A stretch of 64,000 nt of DNA from Callorhinchus milii (Eukaryota): the NCBI RefSeq assembly GCF_018977255.1, contig NW_024704742.1:60080001-60144000 (forward strand), given 5' to 3'. Below, one piece after another: positions 26,551-38,400 of this stretch. The translations under genes were made by a program, and so were the position numbers. The notes below the pieces were generated by a model that saw nothing but the letters and a program-made list of their open reading frames with translations, made no database searches and was not told the origin of the DNA. Positions within the stretch are counted from its first letter, which is position 1; every line of letters begins with the position of its first letter.

Positions 26551-27507
26551 CAACATATCGTAGCCTTTGATCTCACTGAGTAAGGTCACACACTTGACTG
26601 TTTGTGTGACATTGCTGTGCATAGATTGGCTGCCTTGTTCACCTACAAAATGCATAGAAGCTACATTTCAGAGTAAATCCTGCAAAATACTTTGAGACAG
26701 TAAGACAGTGAAAGGTGCTGTGTTAAATACAAGGGTTGTTATTTCATTGTTATTATTACTACGTAAAATGAATAAATCCTGCAGGTACCCAGGCTTCTCT
26801 CATGTCGATTCTCTGCAATATGGATTGGAGATGATCTCCAGCCAACATCCTCCATCATCTGAATGTATTATTATGAATGGAAGTACAACCTGAGATCAAC
26901 ATCAGAACTGAGTTCCATTGAATCCTTCAAATAGTCAGCTTGAGACATAATTAGGTGCTTGCAGAAGTCGCTCATTATGAATAAATTTGTGATTTTTGCA
27001 AATTAGACGAGTGTTAATATTCTGAAATCAGACTGTCAGATGTGAGGGTACTTTAAAGTGTTAATGATCTATTTTCCAATCTTCTGCAAACAGAAATCTA
27101 AGCCATCCTATCAGACTCTGCTTAATAAAGTACAAACTCACCATGTTTACATATGCAAATGAAACACTTGATCTGTGCAAATAACACGACTTAGCACACC
27201 GCATAAAATTATAAGCAATAAACCATACAGAAACCCACATTTCACCAAACCACACTTGGATATGTATTACTGAACGGAGGAAGTAACACAGAATTCAGAA
27301 TTTAGTCACCAGAAGAGTGAATGGGGAAGTTAAAATCAAAAGATCGAGATAAAACCTACAAATGTTACAGTAGCAAGCCATTGAGTCCTTCAAAGTTATG
27401 CTTGTGTTTTTCTCCACATGAGACATTTTGACAACTCCTACCTCCTGTTCACTCCACATGCCATTTACTATTCCTCTTTTGCAAGCATCCTCTTTGTAAA
27501 TAATGTT

Positions 27508-27636
27508 TCTCCCACAAAATATACATTCAATTCACTTTACAGTATATTCTGTGAAGTGCTTTGAGACATCTCAATAATATGATAAGGTCCTATATCAACC
27601 GTAAGGATTATTATTATTATTATTTTATTATTATTA
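27508..27636 (+). mobile_element. Deu-SINE tail fragment
   Basis: cccacaaaatatacattcaattcactttacagtatattctgtgaagtgctttgagacatc...ggattattattattatt. Confidence 0.8.
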
Positions 27637-27867
27637 ACTTGACAATTCTGCTTCGAGGAGAGGAAATCTTTACATGAAGACAGTTGTTAGACTTATGGAA
27701 TGTTTTTGCCTCACGTACCATATGCAGCTGAGATCACAGCAACATTTTAAAAGGGGCTTGAATAAACATTGAAAGAAAAATATAAAAGAATACATGGATC
27801 AGATTAGATGAGCTAGAAATTTCTGAGGCTCAATGAGATGCATGGACTCCATGCATGCATTTAGCAC

Positions 27868-28115
27868 CATAGAAATGTACAGCATTTAGGCCACTTAGCC
27901 TCTTGTATCTATGCTCACTTTTTGAAAGAATAATCCATTCAGTCCCATTTACTTGCCTTTCCTGCTTACCTCTACAAATGACTTCTTTTTAGATATCTAT
28001 TTAGTCCTCTCGAAAACTAATGTGGATTGTGCCTCGACCACAGAACTGACAGGACATCCACATGCTAACAAAAATCATCTCAATCTTCCCACTTTGTTCT
28101 TTTGCTAATTATCTT
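27868..28115 (-). mobile_element. CR1 3' UTR fragment, diverged
   Basis: catagaaatgtacagc...ggccacttagccc...cagtcccat is similar to 2184-2300. Confidence 0.6.
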
Positions 28116-28602
28116 AAACAACTACCTCCTGCTTAATCCCCATACTATTTACTATTCTTCTTTTGCAAGCATCCTCCTCGAGTCACTCACTCACTGCTTG
28201 GTGGAAATAATTTATATGATTCTATGATTTTAATGATCAAAACCGTACCTTAAGTTTTCCTAACTAAACCTACCTCAGTCAATGGAAGAGACGACTGAAG
28301 GGTCTGAAAGTGCCACAGAGACAGATGGTAAAGTCTCTAAAAGGAATTCAAAAGGCCAATACAAACACCCATAGGATAAGCAATCCAGGCAAGTAATTGC
28401 TCCAGGCAGACAGAGGTAGGCTGCAACTTCCACAGAGACCACATTCAGGTCTGACAGTGCAACGGAAGACCTTTGAGGAGAGAAATAGGGAAGCATCCAG
28501 CATAGTGGACAGGTTCTGGCTCTTCTACCCCTCACACGATGGGACAGTCCGCTTGCCAGTTGCATGAGTAAATGTGACGAGTGTGTGCCATTGTTTAGCC
28601 TA

Positions 28603-30388
28603 CAACAACAACAAGATTACATTTGTATAGCGTCTTTCACGTCGGGAGGACATCCCAAGGCGCTGGACAGTGTACAGCATTTAAGACCCGAGCTGGTGTC
28701 AGGGAAGGGGGGTGACCAATGGCATGGTCGAAGAGGAGGATTTTGTGACGGGACTTCAAGGAGGCTAAGGAGGTGGCGAGGCGGAGTGATTGGGGGATGG
28801 AGTTGCAGTGGTTGAGTGACTGAAGGCTTTCCCACCAATGGTGGGGCGGGTGGGTTAGGGGACGAGGAGCAGGCCGTAGCTGACTGGGCAGAGGGAGCTG
28901 GTGAGTTGGTAGGAGGTTAGGAGGTCACAGAGATAGGGTAGGGAGAGACCATGGAGGGCCTTGTAGGTGAGGACCAGGATTTTGAACTGTATCCTCTGAA
29001 GGATAGGGAGCAAATGGAGTCGGGAGAGAATGGGGGAGATAGGGTCAAGGAGTTTGGTGCGAGAGAGGACACGGGCTGCAAAGATCTGGATTATCTGCAG
29101 CCTATGGAGGGAGGAGTTGGGAAGGCCGACAAGCAGGGCATTTGCATGGTCGAGCCTGGAGGTGATGAAGACCTGAACAAGAATTTCAGCGGCTTGAGGG
29201 GTGAGGTAGTGGCAGAGTCGGACAATGGTGTACAACCATGGAGGTTGATGTTGCCAGAGCCTGAGGTGCTGAGGCACTGGCGCGAGCCAATCAAGAGGGC
29301 CTCAGTCTTGTAGGAAGTTTGCCCTCATCCAGGATTTGCCGTCCGACAGGCAGTCTGTCAGGACAGGAGTGGTCCTGGAGTTGTGGGTGGAAGCAGAAAG
29401 ATAGAGTTGGGTGTCATCCGCATAAACATGAAAGTTGACCCCATGTCTGCGGATGATGTCACCAAAGGGGGAGCATGTAGATATTAAAGAGGAGAGGGCC
29501 AAGGACAGAGCCCTGGGGAACTCCAGACGTGACAGTGTGGGGGCTGGAGGAGAAACCGTTAGAGGCAACAAAGTGGAGATGGTGAGAGAGATAGGAATCG
29601 AACCAGGCAAGGGCAGGTCCGCGAAGATTAAGTAAAGAGGAAAGGAGTGGATGGAGTGGTCGAAAGTGTCGAAGGCGGCAGAGAGGTCGAGGAGGACAAG
29701 GAGGCAGAGGGAGCCTTGATCACAGATGTTCAGAAGGTCATTAGTGACTTTGACCCGGGCTGCTTCCGTGCTTTGGGCAGAGTGGAAGCCGGATTGGAGG
29801 GGTTCAAAGAGGGAATGGTGAGAGAGAAAGGAGCAGAGCTGGGACGCGACGACTCGTTCCAGGACCTTGGAGAGGAATGGGAGGTTAGAGATGGGGCGGT
29901 AGCAGGAGAGGAGGGATGGGTCCAGGGAAGGTTTTTTCAGGATGGGGATGATGGCAGCTGTTTTTAGGGTGGTTGGAAATGAGCCGGTTGACAAGGAGAG
30001 GTTGATGACGTTGAACAGGAGAGGGCCCAGAAGTTGGAGCTGGGAGATGAGGAGAGAGGTGGAGATGGGATCGAACAATCGCAGAGAGGAAGGAGAGAGA
30101 GATAGGATTGAAGGAGTATAGCGGGGGATGGGTGGGGGGTGGGTCATGAGAGAAAGGTGATGTGGGTGTGGACGGGGCTGAGGTGGCTGAATGTATCCGC
30201 TTGATTTTGGTTTTGAGGAAATCCAGCATCTCCTCACATTTGGAGTTTGAGGAGAGGATGGGCGAGGCATGGCAAGGTGGACAGAGGAGATGGCTTGTGG
30301 TGGAAAATAGAAGCCTAGGCTTGTCCTTTGCCTCCAAGAATGTAGCGATAGATCTTGGTGTGGTGAAGCCAGATCTGCCAATGGACCA
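28603..30388 (-). mobile_element. L2 LINE, 5'-truncated (~1.8 kb), frameshifted RT and 3' UTR
   Basis: ORF 29302-30381 contains [43 protein letters not shown] 28855-29277 is the L2 C-terminus (TSRLDHANALLVGLP, RIQFKILVLTYKAL); (TTG)n tail; TSD-like ttagccta / ttagtcta. Confidence 0.95.
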
Positions 30389-30763
30389 TTAGTCTAGATA
30401 CATAATTGCACAATAATGAGACTTTAAGTAATAATATGGAACTATCAATGTGACGATTAAAGGATTATTTCAACTGAATTGATAGGAAGATTGTTACATT
30501 GAATTCTCTAGGATACATCTACATTTCAGCACAGAAAGAAATCACAGCACAGAAAGAGGTCCCTCAGCCATTCAAACACATGCTAGCGCTGTCTTCCCCA
30601 CTGAAATTATTCAATGTAAACCCAATTCCCTCTTCTACTTTTCCTCATACCCATACAGTTTATAAGTGTGTTACCTTTATCTTCTAATACATAATGGAAT
30701 CCCCCATGTAATATGTGTTGCAGGATGATTCATTTCCTACCATCAGCCTATCTCAAGACCAAT

Positions 30764-30984
30764 GGGTGAAAATGTCACCTTGGGTCTAGATTTACTCAAT
30801 TAACATAGTATTTCAAAGTGTTAAGAATTTGGCAAACGGTTGAATTCAGTTTTAACTTTGAAGCTCATTTAATGTAGTTCTTAACAGAACACAGAAACCC
30901 GTATTAAAATTAAACACAGCATATAGGAATTTGTTGAAAGCTACGTTAATAGAGTAAATCTAAACCCAGGTGGATTTCTGCCCC
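30764..30984. mobile_element. MITE with ~45-bp terminal inverted repeats (PIF/Harbinger-like ends)
   Basis: Left gggtgaaaatgtcaccttgggtctagatttactcaattaacatag versus reverse complement of right ggggcagaaatccacctgggtttagatttactctattaacgtag. Confidence 0.8.
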
Positions 30985-31609
30985 CCAGGATTGTTAACTT
31001 CCAAGAGGTTTCTGCACGTGGACCATTCTACCTTGTCAGTCTGATGTGTTCTATTTTCTATCAGATCTCCAAACACAGTGGAAGTTTTGTGCCATATTTT
31101 AATATTTATGTCAAAATGTTTCAAATATTAATGCTCCTGTTACGTGACTCAAGAACACAATAGAATTGTAATATAACTCAATTTGTTTTAATTCACACAT
31201 GGCATAAGATTTGTGCTGTTTTTAAAACAGAATTTGGGGTCTTTGATGATGGATTATCACATATCTGTTCAATGGTAATTCTGTCTGACATACAAAACAA
31301 ACCTCACAGTTGCACATTGACCTAAGTCTGGTCCATCAGTGATTTGCATGACAGGAGACATAAATGTCAGACAATACTACTTGCTGTTAATAACATATGG
31401 GTACACTTTTATAGGAACCCTTCCATATACTGATTATTGCTAAAGCAGTGTAAAAAATGACTAACTATGAGAAAATAACTCATGAGGTTTCATGTTGATC
31501 CTCTCACTTAATACCTCGGAGTAGGAAAAAGAGGCTCCATCAGCACTCTGTCATGGATCATTTGATTGCATTGGTCAGATCATATATGGAAAGACAGTGC
31601 AGGGGAGAG

Positions 31610-31870
31610 CTCACCATGTGAATATAGTAATCGGGAAACTAAGATTAAATTGGTATGGGCATGTTGCATTTATGCCTTGTGAAAGACTCCTGTGCCATCT
31701 GTTAGAATGGCACCCAGTTGGGAAACAGAGACCAGGTTCACAGAGGATGAGATGAACTGTTGTGATTGAGAGAGATGTCACAGTGAAAGTGCTGACAGAA
31801 GTGGCATAAACATTAGCAATGAACCATGATCATTTGAAACACTTTGCGCTGGCAGTGCATGATGATTAAA
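31610..31870 (+). mobile_element. RTE-clade LINE 3' end
   Basis: My translation from 31624 gives IVIGKLRLNWYGHVAFMPCERLLCHLLEWHPVGKQRPGSQRMR*TVVIERDV, matching the RTE C-terminal RLxWxGHV...WxPxGKR..G...RW motif. Confidence 0.8.
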
Positions 31871-31983
31871 GATGTAGTGTTGCAACTGAAAATTTGTGAT
31901 TCAAATAAGCTTGCACCTCTGCCCCCCTCAAAATTACCAGTTTACTGCATAATTGTTTTATTGTCACTTTAACTGCAATTTAA

Positions 31984-32018
31984 CTGTGTTGTGCGTGTGT
32001 GAGTGTGTGTGTGTGTGT
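31984..32018. repeat. (TG)n microsatellite, interrupted
   Basis: ctgtgttgtgcgtgtgtgagtgtgtgtgtgtgtgt. Confidence 0.8.
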
Positions 32019-32229
32019 AAGTAGGGGAGAGGAAAGGATTGTGTCCTTGTATCAGATTTGGACCAGCAGAATCTTTATCAATTACTGGATGTGTAAACTT
32101 GCTAAGATTTCAAGGGCACCTTCAGGACCCGAGACTGGAGGTTGAAACATGTAACGACTATAACTGTGTGCATTTAATTATAAGGGGCGAAAAATACAAC
32201 ATTTCATAAAAGATTTGATGTATCACAAT

Positions 32230-32473
32230 GGGGTTAAAATATCACCTGGTCTAGATTTACTCTATTAATGTAAATTAATTTCAGGGCATCCAAAATTTGG
32301 TAAATTCTTAAACACAGCCTTAATTCCAAAGCAGTTTTTCTGTAGGTTTCAATTGTGAACCACAGAAGAACGACATTAAAGTTGAGACTAAATTTGACAA
32401 TTTGGCAATTTCTAGATCTTCTAAAATGCTCCATTAATAGAGTAATTATAGAACCAGGTAGAATTTCTACCCA
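32230..32473. mobile_element. MITE, same family as 30764-30984
   Basis: Left ggggttaaaatatcacctggtctagatttactctattaatg and right cattaatagagtaattatagaaccaggtagaatttctaccc are inverted repeats. Confidence 0.8.
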
Positions 32474-32529
32474 CAAATGAATGAATTGAAATCCCATAAT
32501 GGGAATTTACTATTACAACTGCATTCTAC

Positions 32530-33100
32530 TAATGTCATTGACTTTACCACCAAGTAGAAGGCAATTCCCACTTCTGTTCATTGATGCTACAGCACAGTGA
32601 TCTAATGCTGTCTGGAGGGTACACAGATGACCCCATATGATGTACAGATGATCTGGATTTACAGACTGGGATGCTTTTACATTTGCAGGCGATGCCAAGC
32701 TGGGATGGGGAGGAATTGTATAATCAGAGAAAGCCAGAAGATATTACAAAGAGAGCTCTACAGAGTATCACCCACGCTTATCATTAGAAATAAAATTTAA
32801 CACAGACAAGTGCAAGATACTCTATATGGGAATCAAAAATAGAAGCTGTGCAGTGGTACAGCAGGAGGATCGCATATACTTCTGGTCACAGTGACACAAA
32901 AGGGTTGTTCAGGGTCTAGAGGCAGTTCAGAGGCAGTACATTGTTCCCCAGAGGAAGAAGATTTGAAGAAAGACTACATGAACTCAAGCTTTGCAGCCTC
33001 AAATAAACATTCCACGATAATGCTGATCAAATATCAGGAAAGGGTACCTGTTGATGGGTAGTGAGTGAAATTCTTCTCAGTGCTATGTGCAGCTACTTTG
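32530..33100 (+). mobile_element. Old CR1 RT fragment
   Basis: tttgcaggcgatgccaagctggga (FAGDAKLG), aaatttaacacagacaagtgcaagatactc (KFNTDKCKIL), and decayed LEAVQR / ERL.EL motifs. Confidence 0.65.
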
Positions 33101-33429
33101 ATAATATGAGCTCGTCGTGGGATTTTACCCATCATATATACAAATCGTTTAGGGGTAAGGGGAATTTCTTGCATGTTTTCATGATTTATTGGTATATAAC
33201 AGGTAGTTGGTGTTTCACTAACCAATACTCTAACAGTAAGATCAGCAAGTTCAATTGCCATATTAGGCAGCTTTGGTAATTATAGTAGAGTTGGGGTAAT
33301 GAAGGGTTCACCTCCAAAGCCAATCTTCAGTTTTCCACTGGTTTCATTAATCATTTACAGATTGTCAACCTGGCACAGATTGGCAGCGCTCTCTGCTGGG
33401 TTGATGCCTCAGAATCAGTTCTTTGAACT

Positions 33430-33785
33430 CATGAAGTACAGGCTGACACTCCAATGCAATGCTAATGGTGCATTGCATTGTTGGAGGAGGTGTCCTTCAG
33501 TTAAGACATTAAACTGAGGTCCCCTCTGCCTGTTCAAGTGGATGTTAAAGATCCAATAAACTATTTGAAAAGAAGATATTTTTTCCCCTGGGTCTTGATT
33601 AATAATCCCCACATAAATTGATCTTTCACTTTATAACTGTTTGTGGGGCATTGCTGTGCAAAACTTGGCAGCTGTGTTTATCTGCAAGATACACAGTCAC
33701 TACTGCAGTGGATCCTATGAAGCACTATGAGACGTCCTCCTAATGTAAAAGGCTCTATATCAAATGGAAAGATTATTACTATTTT
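33430..33785 (+). mobile_element. Old Deu-domain SINE, 5'-truncated
   Basis: gacattaaactgaggtcccctctgcctgttcaagtggatgttaaagatcc, Deu core and tail. Confidence 0.8.
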
Positions 33786-34572
33786 TAGAAGAAACAATTA
33801 TTCACCTTCAGAACACCATGAAGATTGACTTTCATTGTTTCAAGCTTTTGCTATCCCAGTATATCTAGTTTGTCCTAATGAACTAGATTTTAAATCAAGA
33901 TTGGTGCTTTAGGCTGTATTACTATGTCAATTGCTTGATATTGCAAACTTTTTACCCAGCGCAGCATGATCCAAACCAGGTTGAATATCTAGTTAAACTG
34001 GATATTAAAAATTGCAAACTTTGAGGATTTTATCCATAGCTCGAAAAGAGAAAGTAACCATGCGATGAAAGGTTGGACTCTACTTAAGGTAATATAGTTT
34101 GAACTGAAGGTCTGTAGCAGTGCTATGACCAAATTGCCTCCATTATCCTAGGATTTTGATTTACTGTTATATATTGTCTGTTCCTTTTTTTCTGCAAATG
34201 CCAAATTATGTCTGATAGGCTTGTACCATATTCAAGCTTCAGTAACTGATATCAAAAAAATGACACCACATAGTGACATTTTGAGCTTTTGGATAGCATG
34301 TGTGGAAGAGTTTGTATACTTTTAAATTAAACTTTGGTGCTTCTATGCAACTAGAACTGTTCATAAGCAAGAGGCTCATTGCTTACTGTTATACCTCAGT
34401 GAGAGGGATTAAGGAGCGATTGACTAATTGGCAGTTTATATCATTTTCTCAGAGACCTCATAATCTGATGACTTGAAAAGAAAAGATTGATAACGTGAAT
34501 TATACTGAAGTCTGAATTATCTTAAATTGTGATGAAGATAGAATTTTGTACTTTAATTATAAATGTTATAAG

Positions 34573-34955
34573 TGTCAGCGTGGCTCATTTGGCAGCACTC
34601 TCGCCTCTAAGTCAGAGCCCCATCTCGGATCTTGGCATTCATAGTCTCGCCTAAGAATGCCCTGCAGTGTTGGGGGAGTACTGCATTGTCAGAAGTGCCA
34701 TCCATCAGATGATGTCCACTTGGCCTATTCAGGTGGATGTTAAGGATCGCATGGCACTACTTGAAAACAGAAGGAAGTTTCTTCTGATGTGTTAGCCAAC
34801 AACTCCTCCTTATTCACTGTTCAAATACAACTGGGCACAAAGTTGGGTGTTGCGTTCGTCTACAAAATATAATTACTACACTCTGCAGTAAATCCTGTGA
34901 AGAGTTTTGACGATGTGATAAGGTGCTATGTGTAACCTGCAATGATTATTATTAT
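34573..34955 (+). mobile_element. Old Deu-domain SINE (SacSINE1-like), near full length
   Basis: Head gtcagcgtggctcatttggcagcactctcgcctctaagtcaga, body ttcaggtggatgttaaggatcgcatggcactac, tail gcaatgattattattat. Confidence 0.8.
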
Positions 34956-35949
34956 AAACAGAAGGTATTCCAATGCAACCAGTGACAAGATCATAATGAC
35001 AATGATTTCTTTGCCACAAAAGCTGAAGTAACACTGTGCAACCACAAGCAGGAATAGCCTCACCCCAGCGCAAAGGCTTGGAGTTTCTGAACTTTTAGCA
35101 TCTGAACATCATTAAAAATAAATAAGAACTGCAGTGTTATTATTCGTATTCCTCCCATCATAGCAAAGTACAATAATGTCTTTAGTTTTGGTATCTAATA
35201 ATCTTATCATTACTATTTAAATATCTTTACATGCTGTTTTTAAAATGTTCTGACCTCTCAGCTGGTTAGTTGCAGTAATATTGAATTGTTTATTGTAACC
35301 TGAAATTATGAGCCTCTTGATCACTCAACTAATTTACACAGAATAACCCAGTAAATGACTTTATATGATAGATAGTGTAGTTAAAATCCACTTTTAATAC
35401 TGCAACAAAAAGAGTTTAAACCTCTACATACCAAAATTGTACCGAGGGGGCAATAACAAGAGTATTTCATGCAAGAGTATTTCATGCTGTGAAAATAAAG
35501 TGGAAGGAGCGGCAATTGAAATAATGTATTCTACTGTTTTATTAAAATTCTGTCTCTAGCTGCCTGAATGAACATTTCTGGCCAAAAGTAAATCAACATC
35601 ATTTCTAGTTCAGTTGCTCCAAGACAAGGAAAAAAAACATTATATGTGGACTTAAAAAACTCCCGTTCTATAGCTCCCTCATTTACAGGAGACAGTGTCA
35701 GTACATGTTTCTGTTTTTGTTCTGCATGGAGCGTTTTTTGCTGTAATTCACAATTTCATCAAGATATGCTGTAGAAACATGATAATATCTCCTTCTGTTG
35801 ACCTATTTGAGATGTAATTTTAAAATAACAAAACTAGCTATCAGGAAAAGTTTAATTTGACTTTTCGAATAAAACTTTGTCAAAAATGGTGCAAAGAGTT
35901 TTTCTTTAAAAAAAATGGCTCTGTAATTAAAGACGGTTGCCAAATTGTA

Positions 35950-36450
35950 TTGTTTTTTTGGTCAGCTTGATGTTTGACATAGGCAGAAACCGGTCACTAT
36001 GTTTAAGAGTACCCAAACCAAACTGAGAATTCCATGCATCCCACCTACACATAGAGATAGAAAACATAGATTGTAGGAATGAAATGCGCACACTACCCCT
36101 GGAGGGACACATCCTGCTTAGCTAATTCTCTATAAACAGGTTGGCAAGAGCCAAGGCTTGGGGCTCTAGAGTGTGTGTAGCGGTTCTGCTGGAGTCTATG
36201 CAGCTAAAACCACAAAGCTTGCTATCAATATTATTGTCTAGCAAGCTTTCCTGCTTGTCCAGCTATGACCATCCTACCCTTTAGGAGTTTGGTTTGCAGG
36301 GTTAACAGAAGCTGAGTGGGATGACTCCCTGCCCCCAGTGACTGGTCTGCCCTTACATGTCCTGCTGTTGAACCAAACTGACTGTCATGTCATCAATAGT
36401 GCCCTGGAGTACTGCAGACCCGCCTGACTCAGTAACGGTACTACCAAATC
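35950..36450 (+). repeat. Unclassified repeat, copy 3 (most complete)
   Basis: ttttttggtcagcttgatgtttgacataggcagaaacc...ggaatgaaatgcgcacactacccctggagggacacatcctgcttagctaattc...gccaaggcttgg...gctaaaaccaca...gtgccctggagtactgcagacccgcct. Confidence 0.7.
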
Positions 36451-36671
36451 CACCACAGAGGGCTGGCTCGATTCCATTGGCAAATATGTCACCGCTGGAG
36501 CCAGTTCAATTCCAAGGAGACACCACTTATCTCCCCTCACCCCCCCCCAAGAGGATAGTCATTAGTTGGTAGTTCGACATCTGACAAGCACGGGTTTGGT
36601 ATCAGTGAGCTACACAGCTCAGCATGTTTTATTTAAATCAAGAGACCTGAATGAAGGCTCAAGAACCATCC

Positions 36672-36820
36672 TGACTCTGAGACAAAAAGTTGTGGGTTCA
36701 AGCCCTATGTCGGGATTCAGAACTCATATAATCTAAGATGACACCCTAATGCAGTGCTGAGGGTGTGCTGCAATGTTGGAGGTGCTGTCTTCGGATGAGA
36801 CATTAAAACCAAGATACCAC
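36672..36820 (+). mobile_element. Old Deu-SINE 5' fragment
   Basis: gttgtgggttcaagccc (B box)...gcagtgctgagggtgtgctgc...tcttcggatgagacattaaaacc. Confidence 0.7.
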
Positions 36821-37679
36821 TTTGGAATACTACATAATACATAATCCACTTCACAAGTACTCCACAGTACAGTAACACAAACATTCTGAGCTGTTTGTGT
36901 TACTGATGATTTATGGATCATGTGGTAAATCCAGATGTTAATGTGGAAAATAACTTTGATCTAGATGATTTCTAAGATCAATCCACTTCACAAATATTCC
37001 ATAATGCTTTGATTTCAAGTGTTGAAATACAGATCATAGAGCAGTGCTGTCCCACATATCTAAATGATTTGTTTTTAGTTCTCTAGGACTTTCCAAATAA
37101 ACTTTATTGAAGAATAAACTATAAAATGTCAGCAAAATAATTATAAATGGGTTTATTGAAGATATTTTCAGTTTCCTATCAACACCACTTGGATTTCTTT
37201 GCACTACTCAAGTGAATCACCTCCTAGCTCAGATTGCTGCACTGCTATCCCTCCATTACTACCCTGTAATTACTGTCTGCATTAAATCATGGGAAATGAC
37301 ATCTTGTCCAATGGACGCATGTACGCTTAACAGCCGGCTGCAGTGAATCGTGGGAAATGTACCCTTGATCGGTCGATGTACGGACAGAAGAACTTCATTT
37401 CCGCGATTCAATGCAATTCCAATGCTTGTCAGCAAGTCCACATGCAGCGATTGGTCAAGATAGATTAAATCCCAGAAAATGTAGTCTTGACCTGTCACCA
37501 CATTTGCATTTACTGGCTACGTTGAATTACGAATGCGCCGTTTAGATTATTGATGAAGTCTGATTTTATACGACTTATTCAGTTTGCCTGAAACTTGGAT
37601 TTCATGTATGTCAGGTTATATGTTACAGTCCCAACTGATACAATTTATGTGAGTTTTTTTGTACTTGCATATGATCTTA

Positions 37680-38400
37680 GCATTCCAGAATATCCACCTT
37701 ACTCTCTTCTCATCACAGCATCAGTCATTTATGTGCATGGTGAAAAGCAGTGGTCCTAATACAGATCCCTGTGGAACACCACTTCAGACTCTTGCCATTC
37801 TGAGAAGGTATTCTTTACTCCTAATCTTTGTTTTCTGTTTTCTAACCATCTTTCAATCCCATCAGCAACCTCTCGCATGACTCCACAGCCCTGACTTTCA
37901 CCACAAGTCTCTTATGTGTCACCTTTGGACTCCTGGAAATCCATATATACCACTGTATTATAATAATAATCCTTGCATTTGATATAGCGCTTTTCACGTC
38001 GGGAGGACGTCCCAAGGCGCTTCACAGAACACACTGTAAAGTGAATTGACTGTATATTTGTGGGCGAACGCGGCAGCCAATTGCGCACAGCAATGTCCCA
38101 CAAACAGTCGTAGATTGAAAATGACCAATTTATTATTGTTTTTGGTTTTTGGAGTGATTATTATTAGGTGTGTGGAGTAAGGAAACTTGCCCAAGGTTTC
38201 GCCCTGTGCCTGGAATTGAACTCAGGTCTCTCGCTTGCAAAGCCAGATATTTCCCTTATCTGCATCATGTGTTACTTTTTCAAGCTATTCAATAAGGTTA
38301 GTCAAGCATGACCTTCCATTCATAAGTCCTTGTTGTTGCTTTTAATTATCCTCTCCTTCTCGAAATGTTTAGGTATTTCATCTTTTATTATTACAAAGCA
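37680..38400 (-). mobile_element. CR1 RT fragment interrupted by a SINE
   Basis: Minus strand encodes [20 protein letters not shown] (37784-37725) and VVYMDFQ (~37954-37934); resumes after 38246 with GRSCLTNLIE-like ggaaggtcatgcttgactaaccttattgaa. Confidence 0.8.
37958..38246 (-). mobile_element. Young Deu-SINE, short subfamily (slightly 5'-truncated)
   Basis: Near-identical to 11456-11761, including the same internal deletion and CTTTGCAAG loop; CpGs largely intact. Confidence 0.92.

Noticed and set aside
28951..29967. Glu/Gly-rich plus-strand ORFs (also 43429-43716 and 51720-52073)
   Set aside because: Antisense shadows of pyrimidine-rich L2 coding sequence.
28855..30381. RT ORFs as a functional gene or a retron/DGR-like system
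   Set aside because: Motifs, frameshifts, (TTG)n tail and TSD identify ordinary 5'-truncated L2 copies in a vertebrate genome.
35457..35486. Tandem 15-bp duplication caagagtatttcatg x2
   Set aside because: A simple slippage or repair duplication with no supporting context.
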